Below are positions 10,604 through 19,900 of a stretch of 64,000 bases of DNA, one piece after another; position 1 is the stretch's first letter, and the number at the start of each line of letters is the position of its first letter. Below the pieces are notes generated by a model. It was not told the DNA's origin. It did no database searches and saw nothing but the letters and a program-made list of their open reading frames with translations. The DNA lies in NCBI GenBank assembly GCA_003235575.1, contig QJVW01000069.1, positions 9,131 through 73,130 on the forward strand, given 5' to 3'. Source of the DNA: Candidatus Eiseniibacteriota bacterium (lineage in GTDB: Bacteria; Eisenbacteria; RBG-16-71-46; SZUA-252). The translations under genes and the position numbers were made by a program.

Positions 10604-10644
10604 GTCCACCGAGCCTGCGCCGCGACACCCCCGCAAGCACTCGA

Positions 10645-10660
10645 TGTTTCACGTGAAACA
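10645..10660. promoter_or_regulatory. parS site 1
   Basis: Perfect palindrome TGTTTCACGTGAAACA (extends to 20 bp, 10643-10662). Confidence 0.97.
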
Positions 10661-10681
10661 TCTCCACAAGATGCTGCAAAA

Positions 10682-10711
10682 TTGACATTTAACCAGGCCC
10701 TTTCGTGGAAT
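10682..10711 (+). promoter_or_regulatory. Putative sigma70 promoter for parAB between the two parS sites
   Basis: TTGACA-N18-TGGAAT. Confidence 0.4.
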
Positions 10712-10817
10712 GGGGCGGTTTTGAGCCCGATGGGTCGTCACGCTGCTCGAATCCTCCGCTCCGGGTCCTTCGCGCGCACCAGCCTCTAATCGCTTAATTA
10801 TCAGCAGCTAAAAAATG

Positions 10818-10833
10818 TGTTTCACGTGAAACA
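10818..10833. promoter_or_regulatory. parS site 2
   Basis: Perfect palindrome TGTTTCACGTGAAACA. Confidence 0.97.
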
Positions 10834-10941
10834 TAGATTCCGTTGGCGTCGGGGGCGACCTGTCGCCTAGACTCGGGCACCCGCGGGCCTCAACAGTCTC
10901 GCGCCCCGCGGCAATACCAGCAAATCGGACCAGGGAGATCC

Positions 10942-11703
10942 ATGCCAAGGACGGTAGCAATCGCAAACCAAAAGGGCGGCGTCGGCAAGACGACCACGGC
11001 CGTAAACCTGGCCGCGGCGCTGGCGCTGAATGGGAAGAGAACTCTTCTCATAGACATAGATCCACAGGGGAATGCGGGGAGCGGCCTCGGATATCCAAGC
11101 CTCAAGATCCAGAGTGGCATCTACGATGTGCTGGCCGGCGAGGCGCCACTTTCCAGAGTAACCATCGAAACAGACGTGGCGGGGCTGCACTTGATTCCTT
11201 CGGGTCAGCGCCTCGTGGGCGCCGAGGTCGAACTGGTGGATCTGCCTCGTCGCGAGTACCGGCTCAAGGAGGCTTTGGCCGAGGTTGAGGACCGCTACGA
11301 TCTGATCCTGATCGATGCGCCGCCATCATTGGGCTTTCTAACGCTAAACGCTCTCACCGCAGCAAAGTCCGTGCTTGTGCCCGTGCAGTGCGAGTACTAC
11401 GCCCTGGAGGGCCTGAGCCACCTGCTGAGCGCGATCCGTCTCGTGCAGCAGGGGCTGAACCCCACACTTCAAATCGAGGGAGTGCTGCTCACCATGTTCG
11501 ACAACCGGCTCAATCTCTCTCAACAGGTGTTGGAGGAGACTCGACGATTCTTCGCGGAGAGGGTCTACAGGACGGTGATCCCCCGCAACGTGCGACTCAG
11601 TGAGGCGCCCAGTTTCGGCAAGCCGGTGGTCGTCTACGATCCCGGGTGCGCAGGATCAATGAGCTACATGAACCTGGCGAAAGAGGTGATCGATCGTGGC
11701 TAG
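10942..11703 (+). CDS. parA: Chromosome partitioning ATPase ParA/Soj
   Basis: ANQKGGVGKTTT, DIDPQGNA, DAPPSLG, PVQCEYYALEG, IPRNVRLSEAPSFG; GGAG RBS. Confidence 0.98.
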   Translation: MPRTVAIANQKGGVGKTTTAVNLAAALALNGKRTLLIDIDPQGNAGSGLGYPSLKIQSGIYDVLAGEAPLSRVTIETDVAGLHLIPSGQRLVGAEVELVDLPRREYRLKEALAEVEDRYDLILIDAPPSLGFLTLNALTAAKSVLVPVQCEYYALEGLSHLLSAIRLVQQGLNPTLQIEGVLLTMFDNRLNLSQQVLEETRRFFAERVYRTVIPRNVRLSEAPSFGKPVVVYDPGCAGSMSYMNLAKEVIDRG

Positions 11704-12637
11704 AAAAGCGCTGGGAAGAGGGTTGGAAGCACTGATTCCGTCTGGAGTGGACCAGGAGGTGCCCATGGCGCCGCCTTCACCCTCGGTGGGCTCGCCTTCG
11801 CCGTCGCCGGCGGCCCACGCCGAGCGAGCCGGGGAAGCTCGGACGAGCGACATCGTGCACGTCCCGCTGACGCGCATCGAACGCAACCCCGCGCAGCCGC
11901 GGACGCAGTTCGATCCCGCGACCATTCGGGAGTTGGCCGATTCGATCCGGGAGCGCGGTGTTCTGCAGCCGGTCCTGTTGCGCCCCTCCGGCGACGGCTA
12001 CCAGCTGGTCGCAGGCGAGCGACGATTCCTCGCCGCCAAGGAGGCCGGGTTCAACACCGTTCCAGCCATCGTCCGCCCACTCACGGATCGCGAATCACTG
12101 CTGATCGCCCTCATCGAAAACGTCCAGCGGGAGAATCTAAATCCCGCGGACGAAGCGCGCGCCTACTACCGCCTGGCCGCCGAGTACGGGCTGTCGCATG
12201 AGGAGATCGCAAAGCGCGTGGGGAAGGATCGGTCAACTGTTTCTAACATTATTAGATTCAACAATTTGCCTGTTGAAGCAATGTCCCTCATGGAGTCGGG
12301 CAGGATCTCGGCCGGGCACGGCAGGGCGCTTCTTTCACTCGCCTCGGCAAAGCAGCAAATCGAGCTCGCGAACGCGGCGGCTTCGAACGATTGGTCCGTG
12401 AGGGAGTTGGAGTCGCGCATCCAGCGGTCCTCGTCGCCGCGTGTCGGCAAGTCCCGCCGAGCGCCGCACAGGGCGTTCTCCGCCGAACTGCTTGCCCTGG
12501 AAGACGAATTGATGCGGATCATGGGGACACGGGTTCGTATCACCAGGCGCCGCGGTGGAACCGGATCGCTTTCAGTGGATTACCACAATCAGGAAGAGTT
12601 GGAGCGGCTGATCGAGATGCTCCGCACGCTCTCCTAG
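11696..12637 (+). CDS. parB: Chromosome partitioning CTPase ParB/Spo0J
   Basis: RKALGRGLEAL, NPAQPR, VAGERRF, ENVQRENLNP, HTH GKDRSTVSN. Confidence 0.98.
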   Translation: MARKALGRGLEALIPSGVDQEVPMAPPSPSVGSPSPSPAAHAERAGEARTSDIVHVPLTRIERNPAQPRTQFDPATIRELADSIRERGVLQPVLLRPSGDGYQLVAGERRFLAAKEAGFNTVPAIVRPLTDRESLLIALIENVQRENLNPADEARAYYRLAAEYGLSHEEIAKRVGKDRSTVSNIIRFNNLPVEAMSLMESGRISAGHGRALLSLASAKQQIELANAAASNDWSVRELESRIQRSSSPRVGKSRRAPHRAFSAELLALEDELMRIMGTRVRITRRRGGTGSLSVDYHNQEELERLIEMLRTLS

Positions 12638-12678
12638 GCGCTATCCGGGGCGTTCGGCCCCGCCGGCCGTGTAGGAGA

Positions 12679-12777
12679 TGTGGATAAGTCGATAAATTCG
12701 GTGGAAAACGCAGCAACTCGTTGCAAGAGAGCCCATTGCGCTAGCCCTGCGCATACCGGCGCGCCCGGTTATGCACA
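12679..12777. promoter_or_regulatory. Second DnaA-box cluster downstream of parB
   Basis: TGTGGATAA 12679-12687 (perfect), GGTGGAAAA 12700-12708 (1 mismatch), TTATGCACA 12769-12777 (fits TTWTNCACA, opposite orientation). Confidence 0.7.
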
Positions 12778-12864
12778 GACGTGCGTCAACCCTGTAACAA
12801 TCGTACGCGGCGCGCGGACCCCCCAACGGGGCGGTCCCCGCCCAACCCGAACGAAAGGTCTTCG

Positions 12865-13881
12865 ATGAAAGAGTCCGTCGCTTCCCGCGACGTCGAACTT
12901 CTCGACGAGTTGAAGCAGGCAAGGGCCTCCATCGTCGCCGAGCTCCGCAAGGTGATCGTCGGCCACGAAGAGGTCGTGGAGCAGTTGCTGACGGCGCTCT
13001 TCGCGAACGGGCACTGTCTTCTTGTCGGCGTGCCGGGTCTCGCGAAGACGTTGCTTGTGTCGACCGTCGCGCGCGCGCTCGATCTGGAATTCAGCCGCAT
13101 TCAATTCACGCCGGACCTCATGCCGTCCGACATCACCGGCACCGAGATTCTCGAAGAGGATTCCTCGACGGGGCGACGCTCCTTCAAATTCATCCGTGGT
13201 CCGATCTTCGCCAACGTCCTGCTCGCGGACGAAATCAACCGGACGCCGCCGAAGACACAGGCCGCGCTGCTGCAGGCGATGCAGGAGTACCGCGTCACCG
13301 CCGGCGGCGAGACGCATTCGCTGTCGCTCCCGTTCTTCGTGCTGGCGACGCAGAATCCGATCGAGTTCGAGGGAACGTATCCGCTTCCCGAGGCGCAGCT
13401 CGATCGGTTCATGTTCCACGTCTCCGTTTCCTACCCCAGCGACGAGGAGGAACAGCGCATCGTCGCGACGACGACCAGCGCGTACGAAGCCGACGTGCAA
13501 CGCGTCCTCGGCCGCGATCGGATTCTGGAACTTCAGAAATTGGTGCGACGGATTCCGGTGTCGGAGCACGTCGTCCGCTACGCCGTTCATCTCACGCGCG
13601 CCTCGCGTCCGGGACCCGACTGCGCGGCGTTCGTGCGCGACTGGGTTTCGTGGGGCGCCGGCCCGCGCGCGGCGCAGTACCTGGTGCTGGGAGCAAAGGC
13701 CCGCGCCGCGCTCCACGGACGGCCGACGCCAAGCGAGGACGACGTGCGCGCGGTGGTTCGCCCCGTGCTCCGACACCGCATCATTCCGAACTTCACGGCG
13801 GAGGCCGACGGCATTTCGAGCCTCGACATCATCGCGAAGCTTCTCGAGACGGTGCCCGGTTCGGATGGAGCTCGGGGCTAG
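12865..13881 (+). CDS. moxR: MoxR-family AAA+ ATPase
   Basis: [61 protein letters not shown]. Confidence 0.95.
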   Translation: MKESVASRDVELLDELKQARASIVAELRKVIVGHEEVVEQLLTALFANGHCLLVGVPGLAKTLLVSTVARALDLEFSRIQFTPDLMPSDITGTEILEEDSSTGRRSFKFIRGPIFANVLLADEINRTPPKTQAALLQAMQEYRVTAGGETHSLSLPFFVLATQNPIEFEGTYPLPEAQLDRFMFHVSVSYPSDEEEQRIVATTTSAYEADVQRVLGRDRILELQKLVRRIPVSEHVVRYAVHLTRASRPGPDCAAFVRDWVSWGAGPRAAQYLVLGAKARAALHGRPTPSEDDVRAVVRPVLRHRIIPNFTAEADGISSLDIIAKLLETVPGSDGARG

Positions 13882-13917
13882 CGGCGCCGGTCCGGCCCCG
13901 ACCCGCCCCACGAACCG

Positions 13918-14814
13918 ATGAGCGACGACCGACCACGGCTTCTCGACCCGGTCTTCATCTCCAAGCTCGCCCGTCTCGACCTGCAGGCGCGGCTGGTGGT
14001 GGAGGGATTTCTGACGGGGTTGCACCGTAGTCCGTACCACGGGTTTTCCGTCGAGTTCGCCGAGCACCGCCAGTACATGCCGGGCGATCCGCTCCGGCAC
14101 CTCGACTGGAAGGTGCTCGCGAAGTCCGACCGGAAATACCTGAAGCAGTACCAGGAGGAGACGAACCTCCGCGCACACCTGCTGGTCGACACCAGCGCGA
14201 GCATGGGCTACGGCACCAGCGGCGTCACCAAGCTCGACTACGCGCGCCAGTTGGCCGCGTCGCTGGCGTACCTCATCCTGGGGCAGCACGACGCGGTCGG
14301 GCTCTTCGGGTTCGCCCAGGGGCGGGGCGAGCAGATTCCGGCGCGCTCCACGATGGGGCATCTTCGGCCGCTCCTCCTGCTCCTCGAGCGTCTCACGGCC
14401 GGAGGCGGCACGGACTTCACCGCCTCGTTGCACACGCTGGCGGAGCGCATCACGCGGCGCGGTCTCGTCGTGATCCTCTCGGATCTCCTCGACGAGCCCG
14501 AGAAGATCGCCCAGGCGATTCATCACTTCCGTCACCGGCGCCACGAGGTCCTGGTGTTTCACATTCTGGATCCGCAGGAGGTCGCGTTCGACTTCGAGCG
14601 GGAGGCCGTTTACGTGGACGTCGAAGGCGGTCCACGCGTGACGACCCGGCCCCGCGAGCTGCGCGACGACTATCGCGCCCGCATCCAGGCTTGGCGCGCG
14701 CGGCTTCGCACGATCTGCATCGAGAAGCGCGCCGACTACATGGCGCTGACCACCGACGTTCCGTACGATCGCGCGCTGCTCGAATATCTTGCAAAGAGGT
14801 CGCGGCTTCTGTAG
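13918..14814 (+). CDS. DUF58 (vWA-like) protein, MoxR partner
   Basis: GLHRSPYHGFSVEFAEHRQY.PGD..R.LDWK, VDTSASM, VILSDL. Confidence 0.92.
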   Translation: MSDDRPRLLDPVFISKLARLDLQARLVVEGFLTGLHRSPYHGFSVEFAEHRQYMPGDPLRHLDWKVLAKSDRKYLKQYQEETNLRAHLLVDTSASMGYGTSGVTKLDYARQLAASLAYLILGQHDAVGLFGFAQGRGEQIPARSTMGHLRPLLLLLERLTAGGGTDFTASLHTLAERITRRGLVVILSDLLDEPEKIAQAIHHFRHRRHEVLVFHILDPQEVAFDFEREAVYVDVEGGPRVTTRPRELRDDYRARIQAWRARLRTICIEKRADYMALTTDVPYDRALLEYLAKRSRLL

Positions 14815-14835
14815 CCGCGGGGAGCCCCCGGTCCC

Positions 14836-16950
14836 ATGCCGACCTTCTCGTTCCTGAACCCCGGTTTTCTGTGGGCGCTGCCCGCGGCGGCCATTCCGCT
14901 CCTGATTCACCTTCTCAGCCGACGGCGCTTGCCGGAGATCCCGTTTCCGACGACGTCCTTCCTGCAGACGCTGGAGCCGCGCGAAATCCGCCGGATCCGG
15001 CTGCGCGAACTGCTTCTGCTCCTCCTGCGCACGCTGGCGCTTCTCCTCTTCGTGCTCGCCTTCGCGCGGCCCGCCTTGACGCCGGCCGACGCCGTGACGC
15101 ACGCCGCGGCCGCGGTCGGGATCCTTCTCGACGACTCGGAGAGCATGGCCGCCGTCGACGAGCGCGGCCACGCGCGCATCGACGAGGCGAAAGCCCGCGC
15201 CGCGGCGCTCGTCGAGGCGTCGCGTTCGGGCGACGCCATCCTTCTGGCTTCGTCCACGCGCGAGGAAGCGCCGCGTCCGGATCGCGGGGACGACCGCGTG
15301 CGCCTGCGCCGCGCGGTCGATCGCATCGAGGCTTTGCCGCGTCCCGCCTCGATGGCGCCGACGCTCGGCGGGCTGCGCCGGGCGATGGAGCGTAGCCCGC
15401 TCCCGTTCCGGGAGCTGTACGTCGTGAGCGACTTCCAGCGGTCCAACTTCAGCGATGCCGCGCGCGCCGAACTTGTCCGCGCCGCGACGGCGGGAATGCG
15501 CGTCTTTCTCGTGCCGGTGGCCGGCTCCTCGCTCCCCAACCGCGCCTTCGAATCGATCGATCCGGAGATCCGACCCGGGCCCGAGGGTCGCGGACTGGAG
15601 CTTCGCGCGCGTCTGGTGAATCACGCCAGCGCGCCCAGCGACCGGATCGCGATCCGACTGAGGGAAGGGGAGGCGCTGATCGGAGGCGGCGACGCGTCGC
15701 TCCGGGCCGGGGAACGCGCCTGGATCGCGATGCCGATCGAAGAGCGCGGGCTCGGCGTCTCCGGCTCGTCGCGCGAGACGCGCGTGACGGCGGAAATGGA
15801 CGAGGACGCGCTGGCGACCGATGACGTCTGGCACGCGGTGCTGGGCGCCCCGCGCCGGCTTCGCGTCCTGCGCATCGTGGAAGCGCGCGGCGGCGCGCCG
15901 CCGCGGTTCACGGCGCTGGCGCTCGATCCGTCGCGAAACGGGGCCTCCGGGTTTTCCGTCGAGGAGGGTTCGCCCGCGTCCCTGCTCTCGCTGACCGCCG
16001 GGCGCGCGGACGTCGTGCTGCTCGAGGACGTGGCGGCGCTGTCCGGCGACGCCGAGGCGCGCCTTCGCGCGTTCGTCCGCGACGGCGGCGGGCTCGTGGT
16101 CGCGATGGGGCCGCATGCCGACCCCGACTACTACAGCCGCCGGTTCTTCCCGGGCCTGATCGACCTCTCGCTTCAATCCGCGGCGCGCGCGCCCGACGGA
16201 GGCTCCTACGAATTGCGGGCTCGCGCCGCCGGCCACCCGATCCTCGAGGGCCTCTCGGTCGAGGTGGGCGCCCCGCTTTCCAAGGCGCGGTTGACGGGTC
16301 TGGTGCGCGGCAACGTCACCACGCCGCGCGCCGAGGTCGTGGTGCAGACGAGCAGCGGCCTGCCCGTCGTCGTCGCGGCGCCCTCGGTCGCGGTCTTCCT
16401 CTCCTCGCTGTCGGACGACTGGGGCGAACTGCCGTTTTCGGGCGCGTATGTCCCCCTGATTCGCGGCATGGTCAGCCACGCGGCACGGGCCGAGTCGGGC
16501 GCGCCACCCTCGCTCGTCGTGGGCGCCGCGCCGCGCATGCGCCTGGCCGCCGCGCCCTCCGGAGGCATCCGCGTCCGCGGACCGCGCGACTACGTCTCGA
16601 CCGCGACCGTGGAGGCGGAGGGCACGGGTTTTCGCGCCGTGGCGCTCGATCCAGCGCCGGCGCCCGGCTTCTACCAATTCGACACCGAAGGACAGATGCT
16701 CGGCACGGTCGCGGTGAACGTCGACCCCGTGGAGAGCGACCTCACCACGCTGCCGCCCGACTCGCTCCGCGCCGCGCTGCCGCCGGACGCACTGGAGCGG
16801 CTGACCGTGCTGCCGACCACCGCGGCCCTCACGCGCCATCTGCAGGCGACGCGCCGCGGCGAGGAGTTGTGGCTTCCGCTTCTCCTCCTCGCGGCCGTGC
16901 TCCTCGCGGTGGAAATCGCGCTCGCCAGCGCACGGCGGTTGAGCGCATGA
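14836..16950 (+). CDS. BatA-type double-TM N-terminus + vWA + GATase1-like membrane protein
   Basis: FLNPGFLWAL...PLLIHLL...LLLLLRTLA...ARP; MIDAS DDSESM and SDFQ; LRAFVRDGGGLVV; C-terminal TM. Confidence 0.85.
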   Translation: MPTFSFLNPGFLWALPAAAIPLLIHLLSRRRLPEIPFPTTSFLQTLEPREIRRIRLRELLLLLLRTLALLLFVLAFARPALTPADAVTHAAAAVGILLDDSESMAAVDERGHARIDEAKARAAALVEASRSGDAILLASSTREEAPRPDRGDDRVRLRRAVDRIEALPRPASMAPTLGGLRRAMERSPLPFRELYVVSDFQRSNFSDAARAELVRAATAGMRVFLVPVAGSSLPNRAFESIDPEIRPGPEGRGLELRARLVNHASAPSDRIAIRLREGEALIGGGDASLRAGERAWIAMPIEERGLGVSGSSRETRVTAEMDEDALATDDVWHAVLGAPRRLRVLRIVEARGGAPPRFTALALDPSRNGASGFSVEEGSPASLLSLTAGRADVVLLEDVAALSGDAEARLRAFVRDGGGLVVAMGPHADPDYYSRRFFPGLIDLSLQSAARAPDGGSYELRARAAGHPILEGLSVEVGAPLSKARLTGLVRGNVTTPRAEVVVQTSSGLPVVVAAPSVAVFLSSLSDDWGELPFSGAYVPLIRGMVSHAARAESGAPPSLVVGAAPRMRLAAAPSGGIRVRGPRDYVSTATVEAEGTGFRAVALDPAPAPGFYQFDTEGQMLGTVAVNVDPVESDLTTLPPDSLRAALPPDALERLTVLPTTAALTRHLQATRRGEELWLPLLLLAAVLLAVEIALASARRLSA

Positions 16951-16980
16951 CCGCGCTGCCGCGCTCCAGCGCCTGACGCC

Positions 16981-19900
16981 GTGTCGACGACCGTATCCAC
17001 CACGACCCTCGCCTCGCGCCTGCTCCAGGCCGTCGTCTCGCACCCCGCGACCGGGGATCTCATGGCGCGCGCCCGCGCGGAGGCGGCGACCGATCGCGGC
17101 GAACGGGGAGATCGCCCCGCGATTCGCGTGCGGGGAAGCGCGGGGAGCCTCAACGCGATCCTCGCCGCGGTCCTCGCGGGTCAGGGAACCGTTCCGATGG
17201 CGGTGGTGGCTCCCGACCTCGATCGTGCGGAAGCATGGCGGGACGATCTGGCCGCGTTTCTCGGGCCCAACGGGGTCGTCTACCTTCCGCCGCTGGACGT
17301 CGTGCCGTGGAGCCACCAGACGCCGACGTCGCCCGTGCGCGACGAGCGCCTCGACGGCCTCGCGCGTCTCGCCGGCGCCGCGCCGCCGGTGGCGGTCATT
17401 CCCGCGGCGGCGCTCCAGCGCTTGGTGCCGCGACCGGAGGATCTCCGCCCGCGTACGCTGCGGCTTCGCGCCGGCTGGGAAGGCGACCCACACGACTTGA
17501 TGCGCGACCTCGTCCTGTTCGGCTACCGGACCGTGAACGAGGTGAGCGAGTCGGGGGAGGTCAGTCGTCGCGGCGGGATCGTGGACGTGCACGGCCCCGG
17601 CATGGAACAGCCGATCCGCATCGAATTCGACGGAGATGTCGTCGCGTCGCTTCGCTCCTTCGACCCCGCCACGCAACGGTCGACCGGGACGGTCGCGGAA
17701 GCCCGCGTCGTTCCGGCCCGCGAGATCCTGTACGCGGCGGACCTCGATGCGCGCCTGCGCGCGTTCGACCGGCCGCCGCTCTCGACGGGGGAGGAGGCCC
17801 GCCGCCTGCGCGACCTGGTCGGAGAAGGGATCTACTTCGAGGGTGTCGAGTGGCTGGCGCCCCATCTCGGCGTCGATCTCGGCTCGATCCTGGACCACCT
17901 TCCGCCCGGGACCCTCCTCTGGGTCGACGAGCCGCTCGCCGTCGAGCGCGAGCTCATCCAGGTGGAGCGGGAGGCCGAGCGGCTGGAGCCCGGAGCCCGG
18001 GAACGCTCGTCGCTGCTTCCGCCGCGCGACACGCTGTTCGAGCCTTCCCAGCGGACGCTCGATCGCCTGCGATCGACGCCACGCATCGAGTCGAGCGTGA
18101 CCGGCCGGGAGATTCGCGACGACGGCGAGCGGATCGACTTCGGGGCGCGGCCGCAGCCCGCGTTCGGGCGGAAGCTGGACCTTCTTCGCTCCGAGCTTCG
18201 CCGCCTGGGCCAGGTCGGATATCACCGGTCGATCGTCTGCGACAACATCGGCCAGGCCGAGCGCCTGGAGGAACTGCTCGGAGACGACCTCGCGACGATC
18301 GAGGTCGGCTCGCTCGTAGGCGGCTTCGTCCTGCCCGCCGCCCGCATGGCGGTTTTCACCGACCACGAGATCTTCGCGCGCTACCGGCGCCGGCGCGGGC
18401 GGCGACTCCGCCCGTCGGCGGCCGCGATGCGCGAACTCCTGACCCTCGCGCCCGGCGATTACGTGGTGCACCTGGATCACGGCATCGGTGTCTACAAGGG
18501 TCTTCAGCGCCTGACGTTCGACGGCCACGAGACCGAGTGCATCCAGCTCGACTACGCCGGCGGCGACCGGCTCTTCGTCCCCATCGATCAGTTGGGTCTG
18601 ATCGAGCGCTACGCCGCGGAGGAAGGACACGCGCCCACCATCCACCGTCTCGGCGGCACCACGTGGGCGCGCACCAAATCGAAGACCCGCAAGGCGATCG
18701 CCGACATCGCCGGAGAGCTGCTACGACACTACGCCGCGCGCCAGGCGCACCCGGGGCACGCGTTTCCCGCCGATACCCCCTGGCAGCGCGAACTGGAGTC
18801 GTCGTTCGTGTACGACGAGACGCCCGATCAGCTCCGCGCGGTCGAGGACGTGAAGCGGGACATGGAGTCGTCGCGGCCGATGGACCGCCTTCTTTGCGGG
18901 GACGTCGGGTACGGAAAGACCGAGGTGGCGATCCGCGCGGCGTTCAAAGCCATTCAGGGCGGAAAACAGGTGGCGGTGCTGGTCCCGACGACTGTTCTCG
19001 CGCAGCAGCACTTCGTGACCTTCACCGAACGGCTGGCGGATTACCCGGTTCGGATCGATGTGCTGTCCCGGTTTCGCAACGCGAAGGAGCAGAAAGAGGT
19101 GGTCGCCAAGGTGGGCCGTGGGGAAGTCGACCTCGTCATCGGCACGCACCGGCTCCTGTCCAAGGATGTGCGGTACGCCAATCTGGGGTTGGTGATCATC
19201 GACGAGGAGCAGCGATTCGGCGTCGCCCAGAAGGAACGCATCCGGACGATGATGGAGACGGTCGATGTCCTGACGCTCACCGCCACGCCGATTCCCCGAA
19301 CACTCCACCTCAGCCTGCTCGGCGCGCGGGACATGTCCAGCATGGCGACGCCGCCGCGCGGACGGTATCCGATCAAGACTGAAATCGTGGAAATGAACCG
19401 CGAGGTGATCCAGGACGCGCTCTTGCGGGAGGCGGATCGTGGCGGGCAGTCGTTCTTCGTCCACAACCGGGTCGAGTCGATCGACCAGATGGCCCACTAC
19501 CTGCAAAGCATCGTTCCGCAATTGCGCTACGCCGTGGCGCACGGGCAAATGAAGGACGCACAACTCGAGAAGGTGATGCTCGACTTCCTCGAGCGGCGCG
19601 TCGACGTGCTCGTCTCGACCCTGATCATCGAATCGGGATTGGACATCCCCACGGTGAACACGATGCTCATCCACCGCGCCGACGCCCTTGGCTTGGCGCA
19701 GATCTACCAGTTGCGGGGGCGGATCGGCCGTTCGCACCACCAGGCCTTCTGCTACCTCCTCGTTCCGCCGGGAAAGGTCCTCTCCGAGGAGGCCGAGAAG
19801 CGGCTGCGCGTCGTCGCCGAGCACGAAGAGCTTGGCGCCGGCCTCCAGATCGCGATGCGCGACCTCGAAATTCGAGGCGCGGGCAACCTGCTCGGGCCCG

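Noticed and set aside
12769..18645. 1958-aa minus-strand ORF
   Set aside because: Antisense shadow of four same-frame high-GC genes; no recognisable motifs
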